DNA of 64,000 bases. Source: Octopus vulgaris (lineage: Eukaryota). Where the stretch lies: contig OX597823.1 of NCBI GenBank assembly GCA_951406725.2, positions 113,832,001-113,896,000 of the forward strand, read 5' to 3'. Each line of letters begins with the position of its first letter. Position 1 is the first letter of the stretch. The position numbers were made by a program, and so were the translations under genes. This document shows, piece after piece, positions 13,706 through 24,694 of this stretch. The notes beneath the pieces were generated by a model that searched no databases, was not told the DNA's origin, and saw nothing but the letters and a program-made list of their open reading frames with translations.

Positions 13706-14849
13706 GTAGAATATGTTATGGTGATCCCCTCTGATTGTTTGGGAAATTTGGGTTACTTGATATAAGTATATGTGCACTAACAAATCATTATAACTACATA
13801 TTTCTACCCATATATTCTGAAGAGTCTCTATATTTTATTTTCATCATCAAAAATAAATAAACATAAGGTGATGGTCACTAGAGAATTTAATGGGGGAGAA
13901 TACTAGTTTTATTAGTCTTCTGAAGCTTTAAAGCTCAATTGTAATTTACCTGATGTGATAAATTAACTGTGAATATTACTAATTTTAACTGTGAATATTA
14001 TAAATTTTGCCATAAACTAGCATATCAGGACCTAGTTATGTAATTATCACATGTATCAGAGAAGACATACTATAGAATAGAAATTTAGTGCAGACTTCTT
14101 TTCATCAGATATCATTTTATATTAACCATGCAACACGGAGTGCTAACCAGAAGGTAATCACTGATGTGACAGAAGAATAGTTAACTTTAAAAAAAATAAG
14201 AAAAACAAATGGATTCTCGATCAAAACTTTACTGCAATAAAATTTAATGCTGGAAATAAAAAAATACAAATTCACAAATGACAGCTATTATTAACAAGAG
14301 TGAAGAGAAACATTGGATTTCAATGTTGTTTAAATTTCTTGAATGTTGACTAAGAAAGAAGAAAATATAGTCATTACACGCCATGTTTAATTTATCACTC
14401 AGATATAAAGATACCTTCAGAAGAATTTGTCCAAGTGGATAATAAAGGTAGAAATTCCGTTTAAATATATTGCCTACTTTACAAGTTTGAGCTATGAAAA
14501 ATCAACACGGCATTTAATGAATCTGCACTTGTTAATTAATCGTTAGATTTTATACTAGTTTAATGAAATGAGCATATAAAGTCGGACACAGATATAGACA
14601 TCAGAATTAAGTTACATGTTAAACCGTATTTATACAACAAATGAGGTAAGCCAATATCTTTATATTTGAAATATGTTACAATGGAATATAATCCATGTAA
14701 GTTTAATTCTATTTACAATATATTCAGCTCGGTAATCTGGGTCCAGTTTGCGTCAACACGCTAAAAGTACATATCCAAAGTGACTCAACACCAAAAAGGA
14801 CAAAAGTAGGAACTGGAAGAAAAAGAATATAACAATAATAATAATAATT

Positions 14850-15015
14850 TCAACTTTTTGGTAGGAGGTCAATAATTTCGGAGGAGAGCGTAAGTCGGTT
14901 TTGATTTCATTGGCCCCAGTGCTCAACTGGTACTCTTTTTATTGCCTCCGAAAAATGAAAGATTAAGTCGAACTCGGCGGAATTTGAAACTAGAGCATGA
15001 AGACGGGCAAAATGC
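14850..15015 (-). mobile_element. Family A SINE, degraded
   Basis: ccccagtgctcaactggtact...aagtcgaactcggcggaatttgaa core. Confidence 0.75.
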
Positions 15016-15046
15016 AATAATAATAATAATAATAATAATAATGATA

Positions 15047-15669
15047 ATCCCCATGAATATGAGAAAAGTAGATAGGAGCATGATAAATAAAGTAACGCAA
15101 AAGATAAACACTGTCATACCATACTGCCAACATAACACAAACACGAAATCCTCTCCGAGCTATTGCTCTACTTGTTAAGGAGGAAGTACAACGAAAGAGA
15201 ACGAAAAAATGGTGGAGCAAAAAAGCATGATGGAACCGACGCATTGAGAGGGGCATCATGCGGGCAAAGCAAGATCTGGAAAAACCCGAAGAAAGCAACC
15301 TGCAGAGAATTGCGGTAACCATCAGGAGAGATCATGAGTAACCCAACGTTAGTGCGTATAGATATTTAGGGATTTTGGAGCTGAATGACATTCTACAAAG
15401 AGGAATGAAAGACAAGGTCAGCGAAGTTTATCAAAAAAGTTTGAAGATGGTGTTGAAATCCAACCTGAAGGCAAAAATTTTGATTACAGCAATGAATATC
15501 TGGGCAGATACGGTGGTCGGATATAGTGCGTCCATCCTCAACTGGACTAATGAGGAAATATAAACACTGGATAGAAGGACGAGAAAGCTGATGACGCTGC
15601 ATGGGGTGCTACACCTTAAAGCAAATGTAAACAGACACTATATCAAAAGAGAATGGAGGCTGAGGACTA
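15047..15669 (+). pseudogene. Internally deleted Dong/R4-type ORF remnant
   Basis: Starts directly after (TAA)n. N-terminal WNRRIERGI motif, then a jump to the RT thumb: YRYLGILE...MKDKVSEVY...AMNIWA...YSASILNWT...LDRRTRKLMTLHGVLH. Contains in-frame stops. Confidence 0.8.
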
Positions 15670-15735
15670 ATTTTACTGGTGAGTGTGTTAAATTATAAGG
15701 CACAAAAAAAAATTGCTCCCCCCAGACACAAAAGT
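15669..15735 (+). mobile_element. Short fragment of the PLE pseudo-LTR family found at 29848-30032
   Basis: attttactggtgagtgtgttaaattataaggcaca...ctccccccagacacaaaa matches the reverse complement of ~29895-29960. Confidence 0.65.
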
Positions 15736-15750
15736 ATATATATATATATA

Positions 15751-17370
15751 TAGTTGCGGCCAAAATGTTCAGAAGGGCAATTTTTTCGTCAGAAAAGTAG
15801 ATATAATTTTTTATCAAAGTTGTTTTATATTCTATAATTTTCACAGACAATAAATACAATATTAATTGTTACTTTCTGAGATTTTGGGGGTAATTTAAGA
15901 GGATAATACAAAAGTTATGGATGATTTAGTGATTTACTGCAAAACCAAAGGCGGCCAAAATGATCAGAACGGTTGCTTTTACTCCGTATTTTAGTATATT
16001 TAACCGGCGAACTCTAATATTTTGAATTTGTTTACGTGACGGTTCGTTTACTAAACATTAGTAAGAATATTTGCAGTGTACTTTGTTAATATAATGCCAC
16101 TTACTCCGTTGCCAATTCGTCAGCAGATTATTAAGCTTCGAAGGAAGGATAATTTAAGTATTGGATCTGTTGCAAAGATTGTTAACAAGTCAAAAAGTGT
16201 TGTACACGGTATTCTTAAGGTCTACGATGATTGTGGTTCGTGTGAAGCAAGAAGGTTTACAGGTTGGCCAAGAAAAACGACCAAGAGAGAAGATCGTGAT
16301 ATGGTAAAGTTGGCTAAAAAGGACAGTTTTTAAAACTGCTGCTGCTGTTTCTCGGAAAATGAGCATTGTATTGAAGAAAACTTTATCTCGAAAAACTGTC
16401 TCGTCGTTTAGTTGAACATGACCTACAAGCAAGAGCACCTGCAGTGAAGCCACTGATCAGCTCCAAGAATAAAAAGTGTCGTGTTACCTTTGCAACCGAA
16501 CATGTGTTGTGGTCTCAAGAAAAATGGCGAACGGTGCATTTCAGTGATGAATCTAAGTTTATGCTATTTGGCTTAGATGGGAAAAGGTACGTTCGTAGAA
16601 AAGTAGGTGAAAAATTGTTGCCTAAATGCCTTAAGACTAGTGTTAAATTCGGTGGAGGAAGTGTCATGGTTTGGGGAATGATATCTGGAGATAGTGTGGG
16701 CCCTTTGGTGCGATTACATGGAAAGGTAAATGCAGGAGTTTATAAACAACTTGTAAAAGATCATGCCTTGCCTGTGCTGTGAAATTCAACTAAGCGACCA
16801 CCCATATTCATGCAGGACAATGCCCCATGTCACAAGGCTAAGGTTGTCATGAACTTCCTCAAGGCTGAAAAGATTATTGTTATGGATTTGCCAGCTCAAA
16901 GCCCAGATCTCAATCCTATTGAAAATGCGTGGAATATTCTAAGAGAACGTTCGAAAGCCAGAAATCCTAAAACAACTGAGCAATTATGGAATGCCCTTCA
17001 GGAAGAATGGAATAAGATCACCCAGCAAGAAATTGAAAAGGTAATTTCCTCATGCAGTCGAAGATGTCAGAGTGTGATTGAAGCTAAAGGGCTTCACACT
17101 AAATATTAAATAATTCCAGTATTCTCTGTCATTTTTTATTGTTTTGTTATTTTCTTCAACCATTCTGATCATTTTGGCCGCCATGGGTTTTGCAGTAAAT
17201 CACTAAATCATCCATAACTTTTGTATTATCCTCTTAAATTACACCAAAATCTCAGAAAGTAACAATTAATATTGTATTTATTGTCTGTGAATATAAAACA
17301 ACTTTGATAAAAACTTATACCTACTTTTCTGACGAAAACATTGCCGTTCTGAACATTTTGGCCGCAACTG
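15751..17370 (+). mobile_element. Tc1 (DD34E) DNA transposon with ~220-bp IR/DR terminal inverted repeats
   Basis: TIRs (c>t)agttgcggccaaaatgttcagaa... / ...ttctgaacattttggccgcaactg flanked by TA. Inner direct repeat gcggccaaaatgatcagaa at ~15951, inverted at ~17165-17182. Confidence 0.97.
16094..17109 (+). pseudogene. Tc1 transposase, disrupted
   Basis: HTH N-terminus MPLTPLPIRQQII..., then FSDESKF, KFGGGSVMVWG and QDNAPCH...SPDLNPIE (34 residues between D and E). Frameshifts near 16330 and ~16410; TGA at 16780. Confidence 0.95.
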
Positions 17371-17524
17371 TATATGTAAAATCATAATTTAGGATAGCTA
17401 AGATATACTTCCACGCTGGAAATAGCAGTCAAAACTTGACTCTAAAACCACATTAAATGTTCATTCAGTACCAGGAGAGAAGACAAAGAGACAAAATAAA
17501 CTAGCAAAATAAAATAACTGAATA

Positions 17525-17583
17525 ATTCCAGATCCCGGATTTCTGGCTCTGCATAAGAAATGCTTTGCCTTCATCAGTGGAAT
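17525..17583 (-). ncRNA. Minimal type I hammerhead ribozyme in an AT-flanked PLE-like fragment
   Basis: Minus strand: attcca-CTGATGA-a-ggc-aaa-gcat-ttctt-atgc-aga-gcc-a-GAAA-tccggg-ATC-tggaat; 6-bp helix I. Adjacent inverted repeat at 17585-17639. Confidence 0.75.
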
Positions 17584-17746
17584 ATACTCAGATAGCACAT
17601 AAATACAAATATATATATATTTATGTGCTATCCGAGGTATCTCTTAGACACCCTAAATTATAATTTTAAATAATTATTACTTTTGAAAGGTATTTATTCC
17701 CATGTTGGCCACCTGCTTAGATGGGTATTTAAATATCGACCTTATC

Positions 17747-17806
<60 letters not shown>

Positions 17807-17840
17807 AGAGAGAGAGAGATAGCTAGCTAGCTAGATAGAT

Positions 17841-17886
<46 letters not shown>

Positions 17887-17960
17887 TAAATAGATAGATA
17901 ATATATATATATGCATTTATGCATATATATGTACATGTACATACTTACATCTATACGTTC

Positions 17961-18022
<62 letters not shown>

Positions 18023-18899
18023 ATATATATATATAGAGAGAGAGAGAAAGTGACAGAGAGAGATGATTATTTGTGTGTGACTCTGTGGGTTGTGTGTGAG
18101 TGTGTGTGTTTAAGTATGGTAGAACCCGAATATGATGAATTGTTTTCAATTCATTGCAATCTCCTCTTTCTTTCCATTACAATATTCCCAGTTATGTTTT
18201 CTTGACAAATGTTATTATGTAAGGAATAAAACTAGTATCATATCCATTGGCTGGGAGTGTTTCCTTTTTATATATATAGCACTAAGCCCCTGAATGTAAA
18301 TATGCTCTCCTAAAGTTAGATTGAAATTTGAATGTACAAACTTATTCTTTATCATTCACAATATATCATTCGTCATGATGACTAATAACATGTTTATCAG
18401 CTATATCTGGTTACATTAGAAGGATTTATATTAATCTAAAGTCCTCTATTTACAGTGAAATTGTTTCCCACGCCTACCGAAAACTATCTTCGTTATTGAT
18501 TAATAATTTACATTTCTTTCTCCATTTACGCTGTATTTCTTGTTGAACATTCATTAATCCGTACATATTTTTAGCTAAACTTCTTAATCATCAGAACGTT
18601 TCTAGTTAAATCTTCAGTAGTCAATAATCATTCAAAATGTTTGCGACACCACACTTGTCTCTCCGCCAGTTTGAGTGCCTGCTTCATCTAATTTGTTTAC
18701 AGTTAAGCATCAACACACACAAACACAAACACACATATGTATATACATGTGTGCGTGTGCGCGTTTGTGTATGTATGTGTGTGTACGTATGTAAGTATGT
18801 ATATATATTTCCAGTTAAAGTAGGTACTGCAAATTTTGGGTGAATACTTGATAAGTGTAAGCACCTGTATACGCCAGCTAGTGGCAGAGGTGAGAGGGT

Positions 18900-19180
18900 A
18901 TATATCAAATAAAATCAAAAACAGAACAGAAAGGATGTCACGGTACACGTGTTTCAAGCTTTATAATCGACCTGTTCTTACATCAGTGTATAATAGATAT
19001 AAATAATAGACTTTTCATAGTGTGATGTAACTCTTTGGAATAACAATGCATGCGGCTGAAGAGAGCTTTAAACCATGTTTTATATCAATTATACTCTGAT
19101 GTAAGAACAGGTCGTTTATAAAGCTTGAAACACGTCACCGCGACAGACTTTGTGTTCTGTTTTTGATTTTATTTTATATA
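18900..19180 (+). mobile_element. PLE pseudo-LTR with inverted partial copy
   Basis: ~18900-19003 is the reverse complement of ~19078-19180. A second family member lies at ~20090-20235. Confidence 0.75.
19051..19142 (+). ncRNA. Hammerhead ribozyme with long helix II loop
   Basis: tgcgg-CTGAAGA-gagcttta-(48 nt)-taaagctt-GAAAC-acGTC-a-ccgc. The inverted arm preserves GAAACACGTGTA-ccgtga (palindrome ACACGTGT). Confidence 0.7.
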
Positions 19181-20100
19181 TTTCCAGTTAAAGATAGATG
19201 CAGCAAATGCGTTAAAGCTAATTTCGAGTTTTCTCACACGGAGACACCTTACTTTCTCAGTTTCAATTTCCTCCACCATAGACGAATAGATTAATTGATT
19301 CTTTCAAATACTACCTGGGGAACAATGCAAAAGGTTTCCGTTTGCTGATAGTTTTAATTTTAAGCCGAAGCATTTGTTTTTGTCCCTTACTGGAAATAAT
19401 ATTCGCTAGAAATAGAGGAAGTATATTAAATGTTATGTTTTGCTGCTGATAACAAAATTATAACGTAACACTCGCAGTTGTGTCTCGTTCTTGACAGGAA
19501 AAGATAGAAATATTTGTTAGAGACAACAACCGTTGTTTTCCTCTCTCGCCACGTATTTATTTCAAGTCATCGTGGTAATGTTGTGTAACTTCAATATGTT
19601 AGCAGTAATTAGCGTCTAGTCACGTATTTAGTCACGCTATTGTGATTCACTGCAGGCACTTATTGTTTACTATATACGGAAAATACAGTTTCAGATTGAT
19701 TTAAATATGTTTCTTTCTATTCAATCAATTTTTAGAAAGTCTGAAGCTTCCATATTCTTGTATGATTTTTAATAAATATTTCATGTACGCTTTCACGTTC
19801 TATATATGTTTTATATATTATCTTGATAGAATAACAAAGGCCTATAAGCCACAAGAAATCGATTAATTGTTGTTGTTAGAAAATAAAACAATATGCTACA
19901 AACGTGACATATATCTGATATTTAGACAATGCATACAATGTAGATGTTATATATATTCAAACGGACATATCGTGGACTATCACATCAGAGTGTGTGATAC
20001 CAGAGTAACGGAAGGTATATCGCTTTTTTTTAATTATTATTTTGAGATAAAATATAGGCTTTTTATCACACCTTATATATATATATTGGACTAACAATGT

Positions 20101-20195
20101 TTGCGGCTGAAGAGAGCTTTAAACCATCTATTATATCAATAATACACTGATGTAATAACGGATAATTTATAGAGCTTGAAATACAGGTCCCGCGA
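20101..20195 (+). ncRNA. Hammerhead ribozyme, second copy of the long-loop family
   Basis: ttgcgg-CTGAAGA-gagcttt-(~50 nt)-agagctt-GAAA-tacag-GTC-ccgcga; 6-bp helix I. Confidence 0.7.
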
Positions 20196-20239
20196 TATCC
20201 TTTGTGTTCTGTTTTTAATTTATATTTTATATATATATA

Positions 20240-20376
20240 CCGGAGTAAGCACATAAATGTGAAACACGGTGGAAGAAAACAGTACTCCAATACCAGAGGT
20301 AGAATAATATGGTCTATTTAAAAGCAGCAGAAATATCACAAGAACTATTACTCAGAGTTTCACGTTCCCGTTCCTC

Positions 20377-20380
<4 letters not shown>
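20240..20380 (-). mobile_element. PLE-type pseudo-LTR fragment between (AT)n tracts
   Basis: 140-bp unique segment bounded by (AT)n, with a hammerhead-like motif at one end. Confidence 0.55.
20345..20380 (-). ncRNA. Hammerhead-like motif, U4C variant, helix I truncated
   Basis: Minus strand: gt-CCGAGGA-acg-ggaa-cgt-GAAAC-tctga-GTA-atag; near-palindromic ACTC-T-GAGT helix III. Confidence 0.55.
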
Positions 20381-20436
<56 letters not shown>

Positions 20437-21464
20437 CGTGCGTGTAGATATGTATAAATGTATATATTTAAAAAGATAGATATACACATAAATCCAGCTT
20501 TGATGTTTAATGTACCTAAGCCTTAAGATCCTTGATTTCCATACATTAACACTTAACAGTTGCTAACGTTCACTTTTAAAGCAGTAGAATTGATGTTCAA
20601 CAATATACATTTTGTAGGATGCATTATCTACTGCATTAAGGGAAGATTGTCGAAGAGAATGATTATCTAGCCTGATGTGCGAAAGTGCACGAAGGTAGAA
20701 TTTAAGTAACAAAATGTCAACTTTGAATAAGCAAAAACACTTTTAAAAGCGGTTTTGTGAATCATGGACACACATTTGGGAATATCACAAACATATCCAG
20801 TTGTGTATGACACTTTCAGGAATTCTGTATTAATCAATTTGACATCAAATGCACAGAAATCAAACATAGCACGTCCTATATTAATTGATCAATGTATTGG
20901 CGAGTATAAATGGAAGTTATATATCCTATAATAACGAAAAATGTATATAATATATTCAAAATGTCGAAAATAATATCAAAATCATATATCATGATATATG
21001 CATATATGTATATATTTATAGAGATAGATATAAATGCATACATATACATATGCATATATATATGTGTGTGAGAAAGAGTGTTGCGTGTGTGCAATAAAAG
21101 AGGCAAGCAAAATACAGACATGAATTAACAATCAAAATTGGACAACGACAAGCAAATTCACACGTGATTGCTAATACAGAAATCTAAAGGTCAAAAACAT
21201 TTCTGGCGAAAATTCTACAAATATTTGAGTAGTATATGAGCAGCCACCTGGACGCGAAATCACTTAAATTCTTGGAAATGAAGTAATTAAACCTGTAAAC
21301 AATGAATGCCAATGGAGCAAGTTTATTCTTCCAAAAACACTACGAAAGAAACCGGTAAGAGAATATAGAAATGTCTATTATAAAAAGGAAAATACTCGAA
21401 CATAGCTGTATGTTTAACGAAGCATGTGTAAAAGGAAAACGCGTCCTCTCTCTCTTTATATATA

Positions 21465-21820
21465 TACGAAGTGGTATCAAACGATTGCCGGATTAGTCGT
21501 GTAGCGCTCCAACAGATGACAGCGCACAGTTGCGTGCACAATGACAGTTAGCAGTGATATTCATGAAGCAGTGTGCCGAGTTAGATCTCTGAGTTTGCCT
21601 CGCAATTTGTGAAATTTGTATTTTTGTGGATTTATGTATGCTGTAATCTGAAATTTTATTATGGGCAGGAACAAAGAGAAAACGAGTAATCTTGCGTTGC
21701 ACTTCGAAAGTCTGCTACAGAGACATTGAACTTGCTTTGGAAAGCTTACGACGATGAGGCAATGGGTCGTACGCAATATTTTGAGTGGCACTTCAAAAGC
21801 AGGAGAATGTCCCTAGAAGG
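21465..21820 (+). mobile_element. 5' part of a mariner element (left end and transposase N-terminus)
   Basis: TA-cgaagtggtatcaaa terminus. Translation KSATETLNLLWKAYDDEAMGRTQYFEWH-FKSRRMSLE resembles the mariner HTH region. Confidence 0.8.
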
Positions 21821-22573
21821 ACTGAGAATATGTGAAGAACACAGTAGGCTGCCTGCATGGAATAAACAAGCAGACGATGTACAGAAATCTGTTGCCAATG
21901 TCACGGTTACGACTGTCTTGCAGTCGTAACCGTGGCGATAGAATCATTCGTAGTAGGGAATCACGTTTTTGGTGTGTTTTGGTAAACTGGGATAGTGAAG
22001 TTGAGATATTCAACAGAGACAGAAAGGTCTAGAAAAATTAATAACAGTATGATAGATTATACCTCTACATGGATGAAACGAGGTGGTGAAGATGAGCTAC
22101 TACATGGTAACTGGATACATCCAGCACAGAGCTAGTGGAATTGGTGTCCTGACAGAACAAACAAAAACCTGAGTTGTTGGATCACAAATATTAATTAGAC
22201 GCACATATTAACAAACAAATGAATCCATACAAACACAGCTATATGCATTTATGTATTAATGTTTTTGCACACACACATACATACACATATACACATACAT
22301 ATACCTTTGTGTATGTATATAATGTACGTCTATGTGCATGAGTATGTATGTGTGCTTGTGTCTGTTTGTTTCTGTGTATGCGAATCAATGCAAGTTCACG
22401 TGCGGGAGTCCAGGCGGTTGTATTTCGTTCAGTATTAGATGAATAAATACATTTTCATTGTCGATATATTTATGTTTCTATTGTAAATTATATTGGCATA
22501 ACGATTGCATTTGTGTTTGTTTATACACACACATATACATACATATATACACAAACACACATATGTGCGTATG

Positions 22574-22604
<31 letters not shown>

Positions 22605-22613
22605 GTATGTATT

Positions 22614-22668
<55 letters not shown>

Positions 22669-23193
22669 AGCATACTATATATACAAGCATAAACCTAACG
22701 AGCCTATTTAAATAGGCAAACGTTGGTTCTGTCATTGCAAAAGAAATACACTCAAATTGTAGATACTCCGAGAAAGAAGAAAAAAAGGACGCACACCAAA
22801 CATTATAACGTCGCCAAAATTAGGTATTCATTATCATAAACATCATTTATTTCTGACTTTTCGATGAATGTAAGAAAATTACCTGCTTCCAGAAATGCCG
22901 TAAGATACATAAAATTTCAATCGACTTAAATATAGATGCGAATTGCAGGAACTGATGCCGTTCCTTGTTTTCGGTTTACTTGGAGAATCTTCAAAATAGC
23001 AAACGTTTCATTTCCATTTTATTATATTGGATTCATTAAATTCCTATTATCAATAGTTTCTTTCTACGTATAAGCATACATTTGTCCTTAATTGCATATT
23101 TATAAGTATGTATCTAAGTGTGGTTCTCTGTAGGCAAGGACGTTTGTATGTACATATGTATTCATACATTATATGTATACACATATGTGTGTG

Positions 23194-23272
<79 letters not shown>

Positions 23273-23414
23273 AAGCACATATAAATACATACACACATGC
23301 ATATATATACATATATATATACATATATATAAATATGCATATAAATATTCATATCCCCATTTATACACATATACAATAATGTTAATATGTATACATACAT
23401 ATATATGTGTATGT

Positions 23415-23460
<46 letters not shown>

Positions 23461-23461
23461 A

Positions 23462-23506
<45 letters not shown>

Positions 23507-24121
23507 CAAGTAAAATGTTAATTCTATTATATATGTATAGATGAACGATGGCTCCGTGTATATAGACAATGAATGCCACTGATTTCGGACTCGGAAGTTT
23601 GATGACTGCATATACTCTTCTGTCGATTTCCATCCAGGTTTCTTGTAACCACTAGTATTACCTGCACGTATATCCTTTTGTTGTCAACATGATTTGCCAT
23701 CCTTACATCCGAACCCGTCCTACTAAACTTCATGGCACGTTTACAAACGTTTCTGTATCGCACCTGCTTTCCGCTATTCTATAAAATCTTACGAAATATC
23801 GTCAAAACGGACAACCCCGAGGAATCGCTGCTTTATGTGAATGAGTGGCATGAAGAATCCGTCCAGTTTTGTTGAACATATCTACCAGATTTCGGTCGAG
23901 AGACAATGCATGCATCAATTGTTATAGCAGAGATGCCTTCAATATGTGTCTGTTTTGCTGTGAATCTAGGATAGAGTTTCTGGGGACCGTCAATCTTTAA
24001 TAGGGAATCTACGAATGACTTTCAGAATTGTAGAACCGATATTGATTCACGCACACGATATGGCTCATTCCCTGTTTTCTTCAGAAGGCTTACTCATGGT
24101 AACCATTTTTCTATCTGTTGG

Positions 24122-24176
<55 letters not shown>

Positions 24177-24267
24177 TGTTGTTGTTGTTGCTGGTATTCT
24201 TTTGTCTCGGGAGACAATGGAGTTGCGCATATATTAATACAGACTGGATTTTGCATTTCATGTCCTC

Positions 24268-24582
24268 TCCAGTTTTCTCTCCAGCTTTGTGCAGGCCTGG
24301 GCTAGATGTAAGATAAATCTTGGGTAGTCCAATAGTGAGGATTCCTCTCTCGACCTTGCTGACGTAGTCCAAGGGAGTGCAGACCATTACGTTTGGCACC
24401 AGCTTGGTTGCAAGAGCCGCTGGAAGTCGAGTGGAACACTAAACCACCTACGGGGCTCCGATCCGGATTTCTCTGAAGGTTGTCTCCTTTCCGTAATCCT
24501 GGACAGAGGCCCATAGCAGGGACTGTCTGCCGGACCCAGCTGAGCACGGGACACGTGTCAAGCAGGGTCTTCACTCTCTGAA
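24268..24582 (-). mobile_element. RTE-clade LINE 5' UTR fragment
   Basis: Minus strand has agaaatccggatcggagcccc...gctggtgccaaacgtaatggt...cttggactacgtcagcaaggtcgagagagg, motifs I recognise from RTE 5' UTRs; locally GC-rich. Confidence 0.6.
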
Positions 24583-24622
24583 GTAATGAAGAAGATCGCT
24601 ACCATATATATAAATATATATA

Positions 24623-24677
<55 letters not shown>

Positions 24678-24694
24678 AAGAAAGAGAGAAAGAG

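Noticed and set aside
23540-24110. Possible degraded LINE RT (AIPRGCPF-like motif on the minus strand)
   Set aside because: Only one weak motif, with no collinear supporting motifs.
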